Shown piece by piece: positions 27,801 through 42,259 of a stretch of DNA of 64,000 bases. Origin of the DNA: Eledone cirrhosa (taxonomy: Eukaryota); NCBI GenBank assembly GCA_964016885.1, contig OZ024740.1:158906001-158970000 (forward strand), in the 5' to 3' direction. Position 1 is the first letter of the stretch. Each line of letters begins with the position of its first letter. The notes under the pieces are model-generated. The model had not been told where the DNA came from, did not search any database, and saw nothing but the letters and a program-made list of their open reading frames with translations. The position numbers and the translations under genes were made by a program.

Positions 27801-30800
27801 TACACTCACATACATATACACCCACTTACATATACACTCACATACATTTACACTCACATACATATACACTCACTTACATATACACTCACTTACATATACA
27901 CTCACATACATATACACTCACTTACATATACACTCACATACATATACACTCACATAAATATACACTCACATACATATACACTCACATACATATACACTCA
28001 TACATATACACTCACATACATATACATTCACATACATATACACTCACATACATATACACTCACATACATATACACTCATACATATACATTCATACATATA
28101 CATTCATACATATACACTCACATACATATACACCACTTACATATACACTCCCATACATATACACTCACATACATATACACTCACATACATATACACTCAC
28201 TTACATATACACTCATACATATACATTCATACATATACACTCACATACATATACACTCATACATATACATTCACATACATATACACTCACATACATATAC
28301 ACTCACATATATATACACTCACATACATATACACTCGCATACATATACACTCACATACATATACACTGACATACATATACACTCACTTACATATACACTC
28401 ACATACATATACACTCACATACATATACACTCATACATATACACTCACATACATACACACTCACTTACATATACACTCACATACATATACACTCATACAT
28501 ATACACTCACATACATATACACTCACATACATATACACTCACATACATATACACTCATACATATACACTCACATACATATACACTCACATACATATACAT
28601 TCACATACATATACACTCACATACATATACACTCATATACATATACACTCACTTACATATACACTCACATACATATACACCCACATACATATACACTCGC
28701 ATATATATATACACTCACATACATATACACCCACATACATATACACTCACTTACATATACACTCACATACATATACACTCACATACATATACACTCACAT
28801 ACATATACACTCACATACATATACACTCATACATATACACTCACATACATAGACACTCACATACATATACACTCACATACATATACACTCACTTACATAT
28901 ACACTCACATACATTTACACTCACATACATATACACTCACATACATATACACTCGCATATATATATACTCACATATATACACACTCATACATATACACTC
29001 ACATACATATACACTCACTTACATATACACTCATACATATACACTCACTTACATATACATACATATACATTCACATACATATACTCTCACATACATATAC
29101 ACTCACATACATATACACTCACATACATATACTCTCACATACATATACACTCACATACATATACACTCACATACATATACACTCACATACATATACACTC
29201 ACTTTCATATACACTCACATACATATACACTCACATACATATACACTCACATACATATACACTCACTTACATATAGACTCACATACATATACACTCACAT
29301 ACGTATATACTCACTTACATATACACTCACATACATATACACTCATACATATACATTCACATACATATACACTCACATACATATACACTCACATACATAT
29401 ACACTTACATACATATACACTCATATACATATACACTCACATACATATACACTCATACATATACACTCACATACATATACACTCACATACATATACACTC
29501 ACATACATATGCATTCACTTACATATACACTCACATACATATACACTCACTTACATATACACTCACTTACATATACACTGACATACATATACACTCACAT
29601 ACATATACACTCACATACATATACACCACTTACATATACACTCATACATATACACTCACATACATATACATTCACATACATATACACTCGCATACATATA
29701 CACTCACTTACATATACACTCACATATATATACACTCACTTTCATATACACTCACATACATATACACTCACATACATATACACTCACATACATATACACT
29801 CACATACATATACACTCATATACATATACACTCACATACATATACACTCACATACATATACACTCACTTTCATATACATTCACATACATATACACTGACA
29901 TACATATACACTCACATACATATACACTCACTTACATATACATTCACATACATATACACTCACATACATATAGACTCACATACATATACACTCACATACA
30001 TATACACTCACTTACATATACACTCGCATATATATACACTCACATACATATACATTCACATACATATACACTCACATACATATACACTCACATACATATA
30101 CACTCACATACATATACACTCATACATATACATTCATACATATACACTCACATACATATACACCACTTACATATACACTCACATACATATACTCTCACAT
30201 ACATATACATTCACATACATATACACTCACTTACATATACACTCACTTACATATACACTCATACATATACATTCATACATATACACTCACATACATATAC
30301 ACTCATACATATACATTCACATACATATACACTCACATACATATACACTCACATACATATACACTCACTTACATATACACTCACTTTCATATACACTCAC
30401 ATACATATACACTCACATACATATACACTCACATACATATACACTCACATACATATACACTCACATACATATACACTGACATACATATACACTCACTTAC
30501 ATATACACTCACATACATATACATTCACATACATATACACTCATACATATACACCCACATACATATACACTCACATACATATACACTCACTTACATATAC
30601 ACTCACATACATATACACTCACATACATATACACTCATACATATACACCCACATACATATACACTCACATACATATACACTCATATACATATACACTCAC
30701 TTTCATATACACTCACATACATATACATTCATACATATACACTCACATAAATATACACCACATACATATACACTCACATACATATACACCACTTACATAT

Positions 30801-31410
30801 ACACTCACATACATATACACTCACATACATATACACTCACTTACATATACACTCACTTTCATATACATTCACATACATATACACTCACATACATATACAC
30901 TCACTTACATATACACTCACATACATATACACTCACATACATATACACTCACATACATATACACTGACATACATATACATTCACATACATATACACTCAC
31001 TTACATATACATTCACATACATATACACTCACTTACATATACACTCACATACATATACACTCATACATATACACTTACATACATATACACTCACATACAT
31101 ATACACTCATATACATATACACTCACTTACATATACACTCACTTACATATACACTCACGTACATATACACTCACATACATATACACTCACTTACATATAC
31201 ACTCACATACATATACACTCACTTACATATACACTCACTTACATATACACTCATACATATACACTGACATACATATACACTGACATACATATACACTCAC
31301 TTACATATACACTCACTTTCATATACACTCACATACATATACACTCACATACATATACACTCACTTACATATACACTCACATACATATACACTCACTTAC
31401 ATATACATAT
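24900..31410. repeat. About 6.5-kb minisatellite, unit CACATACATATACACT (16 bp) with 12-bp and point variants
   Basis: Seen directly. The + strand is almost devoid of G. Confidence 0.99.
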
Positions 31411-31732
31411 GCATAAGGAAACGCAGACTATATTAGCAGCAAACACACTCATTATTCGCAATCGAGTATGACTTGGTAGCTATGTATCATGCTTTAGCTA
31501 AAGTTTTAGGTATCCTTGCAGCCACGATCAATATAGACAACCCCATCATCCTGTCTCTCTTGATCCACTGGTACATCCAGGGTGTGACAGCTGGGAGGGG
31601 GGATTCACCAACACTAAGTTGATCTTCTTTTCTTCATTTAGCCCCAAAGTGGATATCGGCAAGTTTTGAACTCGGAAATCAGAAAAATACAACGCTGAAA
31701 CGTCTCTCCTATCGTCCGTATTTAGGCCTGTA

Positions 31733-31819
<87 letters not shown>

Positions 31820-32249
31820 TGTGTGTGTGGTGTGTGTGTGTGTAACTGGCGTAATACACCTAAAAAATGAAGTGCGAGTATGGAATGTTTATAAAAATGT
31901 TTATAATGTTTATAAAAGATTAAATTAAAATAGTGAGATGGGGAGATGTGTATAGATAGAACTATGCTGGTGGAAGAGTTAAAATTATATAGTAGGAAAG
32001 AGAGAAGAGAGAAGAGAGAACCGTGTTAAACTAAGGTAGTTAGTATTGCGAACTATATCTCTCTCATTACTATTTCACTCTCTCTCTCTCCATCTAACCA
32101 TTTATTTATTTCGGTCTTTAAGTGTCTCGTAATTGTATCAGTAACCTTTCTTTAAGTATCAACTTTTGTATATGATGCTGAAATGAAGATTTTCATTTTT
32201 ATCACCAGAATTGTTTGATACAAAGTTTTGAGTGATTGTAAATAAAAGT

Positions 32250-32550
32250 TGGATTTAGCCCTTGGGAGGCCCGGGGCACTTCAGATTTGGGGAGCCCTTC
32301 ATACACAAAAACATTAAAGCACACATCCCCCCCCTCCCACTTTTGCGTATCAAATTAGCTTGGCGCAAGAAATTGGAATTGAAAAGTTATACATACAGGT
32401 ATCAAATTCAAAAATTCTAACCACCCTAAAACTAAAAACCCCAACTGGGGGTTCAAATAAATTGCTACGGTCGTCACTGGAGGCCCTTCCCCCACTTGAG
32501 GAGATCCGGGGAAATTGCCCTTTCCCCGCCCCCCATTAAATCCGGCCCTG
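32250..32550. mobile_element. Probable hAT-type MITE (decayed left end)
   Basis: ggatttag...taaatccggccctg (CAGGGCCGGATTTA-type TIR) with GC-rich subterminal motifs. Confidence 0.55.
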
Positions 32551-33050
32551 CATATATATGTATGTCACTCCTCTGCACTTCGCTATCAGGATAGCTTTGG
32601 AACGCAGGCGGTAATTTACCACAGACATTTGTTTCTTCATTCCTTATCTTTCCTCCATTGTTTTCCACTTTTTACAAAGACAGACGCTGCTCGAAACATC
32701 ATAACTTACACTTTCACGTCTCCAAAGTGTTAAGTAAATAATCTCAATTGGTACTATATTCCATCTTGTTGATTGTTTTTCTGTCTTTTAGCCCACTCTC
32801 TATAATATATATGCCCGCATATATGTCTTTGCATGTATGTATATATGTATGTGTGTATGACAATCCTACAACGTGACAAAACCAACAAACAAATTGGGTT
32901 ATAGGCTTTTATATATAAAAATATACATACAAAACCTGTCGAGGTAAATTTTGCATTTCATCCTTTCAAGGTTGATGAATAAAGAACCAATCATTTGCAG
33001 GGGGTCAATGTTTTGTCTCTGTCTCACTTCCTCATTTTCTTTCTTTAGCT

Positions 33051-33364
33051 CAGAGGTTCTCAAAGTGGGCGCTACGCACCTCCTCATCCCCGGGGGAGCA
33101 TTGAGAAGGTCGGGGAGGGGGGCGTGCGGGGCGGCAGAGATGATATATTAGTATATTAAATATCAAATGATATATATTACATATAAATATAGTAAAATAA
33201 AAAAAAAAATTATATTATTTATTATATATAAATTAACGATTTTATTTATTGTATATTATTTACAATTTGCGTGGAGGCAGGTCTCTCTGGAAATAGGCGT
33301 GGGGGTACTGAGGGTATTACATGGCCGTTAGTGGGTTGGTGACCAAAAAGTTTTAGAACCTCTG
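33051..33364. mobile_element. hAT-type MITE with perfect 8-bp TSD
   Basis: TIR cagaggttctcaaa / ttttagaacctctg. TSD ctttagct at 33043-33050 and 33365-33372. Confidence 0.9.
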
Positions 33365-34142
33365 CTTTAGCTCTTCATTTTATTCCTTCTCTAGAAGTAA
33401 TGAGCTATGTTCAAACCTGGAAATAGATGGGTTCCGCCGGGGTAACATTTCTAATACATACCGTATGTCACAACTTCACCCTTAAAAGTCCACCAAGAGG
33501 TAAAGGTCCATAGTTGCCATGGACAGACATACGTACTACTCACAACAATGATCCAATGGGGAAGTAATGCGATCTGTTAAAAATAGCAGCGAAATCTTCA
33601 GTTACCATCTGACCTTCATTGGGAAATACAATGTATTTAAAAATGAACATCATCTGCACAGTTAGAATGCATGTGATCATTTGTGCCGGATTGTGATAAA
33701 AGTGGGACTAAGTAACAACAACTACTATGCCGGATTAGGATTAACCTGGGATTAAATAACAGCAACAACAACCGTAAATTTCAGCATACAAGTTAATATT
33801 TCAAGCCTGAAAGCCTCGCTCCAAAACTAGAGGTCAACTTATACGAGGGTGATAAAATGCAAATTATTACCGCTGAATGGCAAACAAATGTAGCAGAGCT
33901 CCATAAAACAACTCTGCACCTCCTACCTTAATTCCAGCAAGTTCTCACACATATCTCCAATAAAAGGTGGACTTTTCTGAAATAGTTAACAAATTGGTCA
34001 TCAGTGAGGTAATAACAATAATATCAACCCCAACAGGACGGTCATTAATTTGTACGGCGTATATACTGTAATTTTGGTGTTTAATACGCACGGCTTTACT
34101 ACAAAGAGCATATATATTCGTATATCGGTGAATATGATGCAG

Positions 34143-34193
<51 letters not shown>

Positions 34194-34344
34194 AGTTATA
34201 TATTAATATATATGATAAACACAAAACGTGTTTGTATTGTAACAGACAAAGTTAGCTAGCAATGAAATAAACTAATTAAAGTGAATACAATTTGTCTGTC
34301 TCGATATAAGTCAATAAAGACAAGCTTATATTAGCAAAAGCCGT

Positions 34345-34483
34345 GATTCCTGGACAAATTTAAACTTCGAAGCCCAAATATGTTTCGCAACGATGGTACA
34401 TGAATTGAAAAATAAAGAGAATCGAAATGGAATTGAAATAAAAAGTGAAATATCCAAATCTTCTGTGCTTATCAACAGGAATC
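34345..34483 (-). ncRNA. Hammerhead motif with U3-A8 core variant, homologous to 58199-58275
   Basis: gattcctg-TTGATAA-gcac...gttgc-GAAA-cata...tttg-TC-caggaatc (8-bp stem I). Confidence 0.7.
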
Positions 34484-34587
34484 CAGTAAAATTAGTTTAT
34501 CATATATATTAATATATAACTCAGAAATGCCTCTTTCTTTGAGCTGATTAATTGTAAACGACTAAGAGTTTAATCTCTAAATATAAT

Positions 34588-34651
<64 letters not shown>

Positions 34652-34992
34652 TAAATATACACGGGTGTGTATGATTTTGTATAGAAGATTATATGAATAA
34701 AAGGAATTCCAACTTTGTCTGATTTACTCGTTTTATTTACAATCCTTTAAAATTTATAATGGTATTAGAATGAAATAGTATGGTAGAATATTAAATGTTA
34801 AGTATTAATTGAACAAGTACTTTCATGCTTTCGCAATCTTCAGGTTCATAATGTGTGGTGACAGTCAAGTTTGCAATTTTCAACAGTTGAAACATTTAAT
34901 ATTCTACCATACTATTTCATTCTAATACCATTATAAATTTTAAAGGATTGTAAATAAAACGAGTAAATCAGACAAAGTTGGAATTCCTTTTA

Positions 34993-34996
<4 letters not shown>
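34652..34996. mobile_element. Fold-back element (about 104-bp arms) with a hammerhead in the loop, bounded by (TA)n/(GA)n
   Basis: 34696-34799 is the reverse complement of 34891-34994. Confidence 0.9.
34810..34848 (-). ncRNA. Minimal type I hammerhead ribozyme
   Basis: tgaac-CTGAAGA-t tgc gaaa gca t-GAAA-gtac-TT-gttca. Palindromic stem III AGTACT. Confidence 0.88.
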
Positions 34997-35045
<49 letters not shown>

Positions 35046-35339
35046 GTACATATATATACATATATGAAGAAAAAATTTCGCGGGTCTGAGAAAAGTACCA
35101 GATTGGTGTGAATAAGATCACCAAAACTGCAATATAGTTAGAGGTAACATAAACAATCATACTGTATCGTCCTTTGCACGGATTAACTAGGGACGTGTTT
35201 AGACCCTAGATAGAAGGGCTTGATCGAAAAATATATTGCGGTCTCCATTTCATGCTGCAAAAACTGGCGATAGGCCCGCGACCTGTCTTTGAAGGAGTGG
35301 GATGGACGCAAAAAGATTGCGTATCCCGAGACCCCAATA

Positions 35340-36378
35340 AGGGTCTAGAAGGGAGAAAACTTTGACAATTGGAGCCTGGAACATCCGAACCTTTATTGGT
35401 AAAGAGCAAGAACTAGTGGAGGAGGCCTAGTGCTACCGGCTAAATATTGTCAGATTTCCTCAATAAAGATTCGTAGCGCTGGGACTCTAGATTTGGATAA
35501 AGGATAGAAACACCACGATTCAGGTGTGGCGTCAGACACTCACAAGTTCTCGGCTGTCAGAATGTGTTATGAACTGGATACCATTAGGAAGAGGATTTTC
35601 CCCTTGAAGCTTGAGCTGATAGACAAGTCTCTGTGGGTTGTGCAAGTTGATGCAACAAACAAGCATTCTGAATACAGATCCTTCCTTGATGAAATAACTG
35701 CAGCGTTAGATATAGTTAAGATCGAGTCATATAACCTAATGGGAGACTTCAATGCATCTGTTGGCACTGACCACATGGAAAGGAGTTGTTGGAAAGAAGG
35801 GCGCTCCCGATCTAAATACGAATGGAGAAGCCTTATTAGACCTATTAAAGATCCCATTGCTAGAACTTATCTGTTCTAGCAATGGGATCTCTATTATGAA
35901 CACGCTCCTGTGCAAAGACATCCATAAATATTCATGGTTTACGGGGATCAGGGAGAGAGATCAATAATTGAATTTGTTATTGTCTCTGATTTCTTCGATT
36001 CTGTGCTGGATGCTAAGAGAGGGCTGAGCAATTAAATGATCATCATCTAATTATCTGCAACTTGAGATTACTTAAAGTCAAAGAAGCCCACAATACTAGC
36101 ATGTACAGGTCAACCAACAGGGTAAAGTGGGAAGCATTAGTGGATACGGAAGTTAGGACCAGGTATGCTGATACTATTGCATGACAATTCAGAGAACTCT
36201 CTGAACAAACTGAGGACATTGAGACAGAGTGGAGATTGTTCAGCTCAGCTGTTTCTGATACAGCTGTTAAATACTGCTAGGAAAAGCAGTTTGATGTGGC
36301 GCCGAGTGGAAGAAGAAGAAGAAGAAGAAGAAGAAGAAGAAGAAGAAGAAGAAGAAGAAGAAGAAGAAGAAGAAGAAA
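35340..36378 (+). mobile_element. Decayed RTE-clade LINE APE endonuclease region, followed by (GAA)n
   Basis: GAWNIRT..GKEQELVEEA, LMGDFNASVG, WKGVVGKKG..LNTNGE.LL, IMNT...HKYSW. Confidence 0.75.
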
Positions 36379-36550
36379 TAACACATAGTGTTAGAAAGTA
36401 GTCTTAAATGAAAGATTTTCTCGTCTCCAGGAGTGCTTTACCTGAATTTTCAACTATTATTTATAATGATCCACTATCATTTATAATCTTTTGCATTTGG
36501 GATGATTACATTTAAAATATAAAATGTTCCCAATGCTTCTCAAGTCAACT

Positions 36551-36618
<68 letters not shown>

Positions 36619-36966
36619 TAAATCATGTCTATAGAATCAATCAGATATTAAAATATATACTATTTCTTCCTCTAATTAGCATAATTAACCATATACAAAA
36701 TCAAATCTAGCAAGCTTTAAGAATAAATTTTCTTACGGGGATATCCCTGACAAATAATTGATCGTAGCCTCTTCGCGGCAGCTCCGTTCCACTATTTATC
36801 AAACATTTCGGCAGCATGCGGAATCCGATCAAATATACCATCAACCGCACATAATTAGTAGTAAAATTAAACCTAGAAGAAATGCGCACATACCGTAATT
36901 ATATCCCTACCATGGTTTCTTCCTTATTTAGGACATCCAAATAATATGGAAATATCCTGAGTTAGG

Positions 36967-37002
<36 letters not shown>

Positions 37003-37108
37003 ATAATAATAAATTTGAAGACTAAAATCCAAAGAGGGCTCGATAAGGATAAATATATATCAAATATATAAGAACCGTAGAGCAAATATTTATTAAAATA
37101 ACAGATTA

Positions 37109-37160
37109 AAGTTTAAGCAAAGAATCGCTGCTTTCACCCTTAACGGGATCTTCTGAAACT
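37109..37160 (-). ncRNA. Type I hammerhead motif with A4 core variant
   Basis: agttt-CAGAAGA-t ccc gttaa ggg t-GAAA-gca gcgattctt tgc-TT-aaact. Confidence 0.75.
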
Positions 37161-37283
37161 AACAAAGTCAATCTGTAAACGCAGAACTGGATATTTCAAA
37201 AAACGTTGCAACCGGAGGAAGACAGGAAGACGATACTTTGGTTCGTGGTAACGTTCGCTGGCAAAGAACGGGAAAAAAACGAA

Positions 37284-37477
37284 TATAATTGTTTCTACAT
37301 TTGGCACAAGACCAGCAAATTACCCAGTGTATTACTGGTACTTTATTTTATCGACCCCGAAAGGATGAAAGGCAAAGTTAACCTCGGCGCGATTTGAACT
37401 CAGAATGGCAAGGACCGTAACTCTATGCGTCAAAGCATGGCCTCCAACCCTCTACCGATACTGCCAATCCTCCGCCC
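37284..37477 (-). mobile_element. tRNA-derived Meta-type SINE
   Basis: Reverse complement of the consensus seen at 10336 and 57450. Confidence 0.92.
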
Positions 37478-37578
37478 TTATATAATACGTCATTAATAGG
37501 AGCGGTGAAAAACAATACGCGCAAAGACAGAACCACGTTTATAGTATAAAAGAGGTCGTAGACTAATGTTCTCTTATA

Positions 37579-37686
<108 letters not shown>

Positions 37687-38432
37687 ACAATGGCTGCAAC
37701 ATCCTTCTTTTCCCCACTTGCCGAACAAGATAGGGGAAACCCCAGCATACTTAGATAGATGTACTTTTCTTTTTCTTTTTCTTTTCTTTTTCCCTTTAAC
37801 TCTACTTATCACTTCCTTACACCCCCTCTCCTCTTCCTTTTACTTTTTCCTCTTTCGCCTAACCCGAAGCAGCCCATCGGGCTTTTGTAGCCTCAGTACC
37901 CCCACCCCAGTCAAATATATATAGTATTGGCCGAAAACGCAATACCAACTAAATATAGCAGCTGCTTTAGACTCTAGAGATTTTTAAAATTACTTTTTAC
38001 TATTTAATTTTATTATTTTTCCTTTTTTTTTATTTATCTTTTATGCTCAATTTATTAACCTTTTAATTCTATAACGTCCAACTCTCAAATTCCTCCAGAA
38101 TCCTTTTTCGCCTGTTTCCTAACTAGCCTAATTTCATACACACTCCTTAGAATTTTCTGTATAGAATTCACTTTCAACGCTTGACCGGCTCCACTCACTC
38201 CCTCATTGTTCTACAGGCAAGTTCAGCCAACCCCACCTCGCACCCACTGCCATGAAAGATTTAATTATGTTTACAAGAAATTTTGACCAATCCTTTTGAC
38301 AACTACAATCTTCCCATATAAGGAATTACCCATTGAAAAGTTTTGCTATTTATTACCACGCTAAAAATTCTAATTTAGTCCAGAAATAGCCGTCAAAACG
38401 ACTTGAGCTCTGCCGTCAGGGTTAAACATTTT

Positions 38433-38435
<3 letters not shown>
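37687..38435 (+). mobile_element. Solo Naiad-family pLTR/3' UTR between (TA)n tracts
   Basis: Homologous to the reverse complement of 4870-5640 and to 54280-55368. Ends ttcc|tatata. Confidence 0.88.
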
Positions 38436-38482
<47 letters not shown>

Positions 38483-38485
<3 letters not shown>

Positions 38486-38515
38486 CGATAGCTAATAAGC
38501 TTGAAACTAGTACAG
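38483..38515 (+). ncRNA. Hammerhead motif truncated at its 5' end by (TA)n
   Basis: (TA)n-TGACGA-t agc taataa gct t-GAAA-ctag-TA-cag. Palindromic ACTAGT. Confidence 0.7.
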
Positions 38516-38797
38516 CGTTCCTTTGTCAGTGTTGAACAAACGAGCAACAATGGTTGCTAGACACTACGGCTTAATACGGGATGTTTGTTTACAAACACAC
38601 CGAGCATTATAATAAATGTTCGGTGAATCCATACGTACATATATATATGTGTGCATGTATGTTTATACATACTACTGTACGTCGGTATACATATATGTAT
38701 GTGTATGTACGTGTACATACTTATATTTAAGTAACAGCCGTACTAAGAGTGGGAAATGAAATTTCGTTTCATTTTTTCCGTTTATATATATATATAT

Positions 38798-38869
<72 letters not shown>

Positions 38870-39159
38870 CGAACTTTCAGAGTCGTCAGAACGACATATA
38901 GAATGCTTTGTAGTGTTCATTTCGGCTCTCTGAGTTCAAATCCCTTTCATCCATTAATGTTTAATAAAAAAAAGTACCAGTCAAGTATATATATCACTTT
39001 CTCACTTCCTTTCTCTCACTCTCTCCATCCTTCTCTGGACAAAATCTACTGTATTCAGGCCTGGAGAGGAGATGGGCTTCGCCAGGTTTTAAAAATGCCA
39101 TAGAAACGCCGTATGTCAATATGGCGCCCCTACAACTCCTCTGGTGTTACTGGTTCGTG

Positions 39160-39257
<98 letters not shown>

Positions 39258-39499
39258 GTCACTACAATACCCCCTATCTAGTCTGCAAGTCGATATATAA
39301 GATTGAATCAGCAGGAAAAATGCTGAAAGAGATAAAATCAATGAAAAATTGAACAAAAGAATGCATGCAAGAAGAAAAATGAGGCACTATGGGCCGTATT
39401 GAGACGCTGTGTCAAATGACTAGCTGCTTTACTATGCTATTTATGCGTGACCACCCGGGGTCTAACAGAAAATGGATAAAGTCTGACATGAACAAAGCT

Positions 39500-39685
39500 G
39501 CTGTTCTTGCATTAAATGTTAGCTGTTATGGTAAGTGTTGTACCAGAGCTGTGGATGAAGCTGTTATGGTAGTTTACCAGTAGCTGTTGTCAATGATGGT
39601 GCTGTTCATGCTTTACCAGAGCTGTATAGCTGTTATGGTAAGTGTTATACCAGAGCTGTTATGGTAAATGTTATAGCAGAGCTGG
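39500..39685. repeat. Degenerate tandem repeat of agctgttatggtaagtgttgtaccag-like units (about 20-26 bp)
   Basis: Seen directly. Confidence 0.8.
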
Positions 39686-42185
39686 CAAGAAGATGATGGG
39701 TAGGCGAGAAATTGTCGGCCTCCCAGATGAATTGCCGGAAGTGCTAGGCAGCCAGGAAAAAAATGGCTAGTTGCTTTGAAAAGAAAAAAAAACAAGTCGA
39801 ATCTGTAGCTGGGTAGTAGTTAAAGCGGTAATTCCATAATTCTGGCGAATCCATAGGAGAAATGGTAGAAATGCTGACAGGTCAAGTTCCATTTATTGTT
39901 TTCCCAGTGAGTCGGGTAAAGTAACAAGATTGAGGTTGTTATGCTATAGGACGATGAGTGTGCAACGAGATGCGAAACTGTTTGAATCCAGCTGCAATTA
40001 CCATTCTCGTGTTGCGGTGCCTGTTTGAGTCCAGGTGAATTAAGCTGCATGTGTCGATAGCATGTCTTGGTACTTCCACCAGGTGATGAGGGATCTTGCA
40101 GAATATTACGACACTTGAAGATCATAGACTATAGACAACAACATGGTGTGTGACAAAGAAATGTGTGTGCATATGCAGGCATGTAATACAGCAAAGAAAA
40201 TGTGTGCGTGCAGTCATATTATATAATGATAAAAAAAATGAATTTTCATATAATATAGTTTAAAAAAAATAAATGTCCAAACATTGCCTGTAAAAAGAGA
40301 AAGAAATAATTTTTTTTAACAAAAAGTTCATTTTTTCTTTTCTTTGAAATTTCTTTGGGATAAGAATGTTATCGCTCTTACTAGGAAGCTAGTAGAGTTG
40401 TTGTTGTTGTTGCTATCGAAGCAAAGTTACCGTAAATCTTCAGTAGAATCGAAGTCGAGCGTTGAAGAGCTTAGAGTCATCAATATGCAAATCACGCCTG
40501 ACGCCATAGTGTGGATAGAAAGGCTGTGAGTTCGAATCATGTCGGATGTTAGAAACATCGATGAATCGTGAAGTTTTGTAGAGCAGTGAAGATTTGCAAA
40601 CGTCGAATTTACCATTATGTGGCGAGTAGGCTGTTGTTTTAATTCTAGAGTCACCGTTTGTAGCGAGACAGTGAGAAGTTGTAGATCTCATTGTAGCTGT
40701 GTCAAAGCTGTAGTAGTCACCGTAGTGGTAAATGTGTTACCAGAAGTTGTAGGTGATACTGCTATCCGTTGTGGTGGTTGTTGCGGCAGTATAACTACAA
40801 AGTGTCACTATGTTGCGTCAGTTGCTGCTGATGGTGCCGGAGTTGTCGGCCTTGTTGCTGCTGGTGCTGTTAGTAGAGGAGTACTTGGTGATAGCCATTT
40901 TGAAAATATTTTTCTCGTGTAGAAATTTTTTGAAATACTGCTAATTTTTTTTATTCTAAAGGAATATTTCGTACTTAAATATTCCTCCGTCGGGGGGTCA
41001 CCATTTTAGCAGTAAAATAATATTATGCCTACATGGCATAATATTAATGGGGTGGAATATATGTTATTGTTGTTGTTTGTTATAGTGAGAAATGTAAGGT
41101 TTGTTAAGTGAGAGAGAGGCAAAGTTAACCATAAAGTGAATGTTTGTTGAAGTAGTTGTAGTTCATTGTAGGCTTTGTAGAAAATAATATTATGAGACTT
41201 TATAATATTTTACAAGATTTATTTACAACCGACCACAAATGTTAAGCTGGGTTGGCAAGTCAAAGAAAGGAACAAACAAAATTAAGAGTTTTAAGTAGTA
41301 AAGAAAAGGCGCTGTGCCGGGCCAAAAGAGGCCGACAGGCTAAAGTGAAAATCACACCGTCACATAATTGCGTGTTGATCTTTCAGAGTCCAAAGAGGCA
41401 AGAGAGGGATTTTTGAATCGCCGCGAGAATTTTTCCCTCTGGGCGGAAGTCGAGATACATTCACCTACGCCGATAGCGATTGGCTGAACTGAGCTAAACA
41501 ACGCACAGCCCTCGGAATGTAGGTTACTACATATATATATATATATTATATACATATTGATGAAAGTCGAGATAGAACAAATTTGATCATATCTGTTCGA
41601 TCATTGGTGACCTACAGTTAAAAAAAAACAAAATAACAACATCAACATTACATCGAGGCTGTTTTAATATGAAATTACAAAGAAACAACAACAATATATT
41701 GTGCCTGTAAGTGGACTTCTCAGTTCAGCCATATTCATATTCAAGAATTATATATATATATTACATATACATATATATTATGTATATTACATATACATAT
41801 ATATGTATATTACACACACACACACATACACACACATACATACACACACATATATATATATATATATCATATATATATATAATATATATATATATTATAT
41901 ATATGTGTGTGTGTGTGTGTGTACGTATGAAGGTGTGTGTATTTATTTATTTATTCTCCTATTTATATACTTAAATTTAATTTTCTTGCAGCGAAAATTT
42001 TGTTGTGGCACTTAAGATATGAGGATTTAATTAAAACGGTTACTTCTCTGAGTAAATTGATTCCAAGCAAAGCAATCGCTTGCGGTGTATTAATTATTAG
42101 AGAAATGACTTAATGCACATCGAAGAAATTGGATAAAATCTTTCTTATAATGTGTGTGTTTGTGTGCGTGCGCGTGTGTATGTGT

Positions 42186-42259
<74 letters not shown>

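Noticed and set aside
24900-31410. CRISPR-like array
   Set aside because: No unique spacers, and the context is a eukaryotic tandem repeat.
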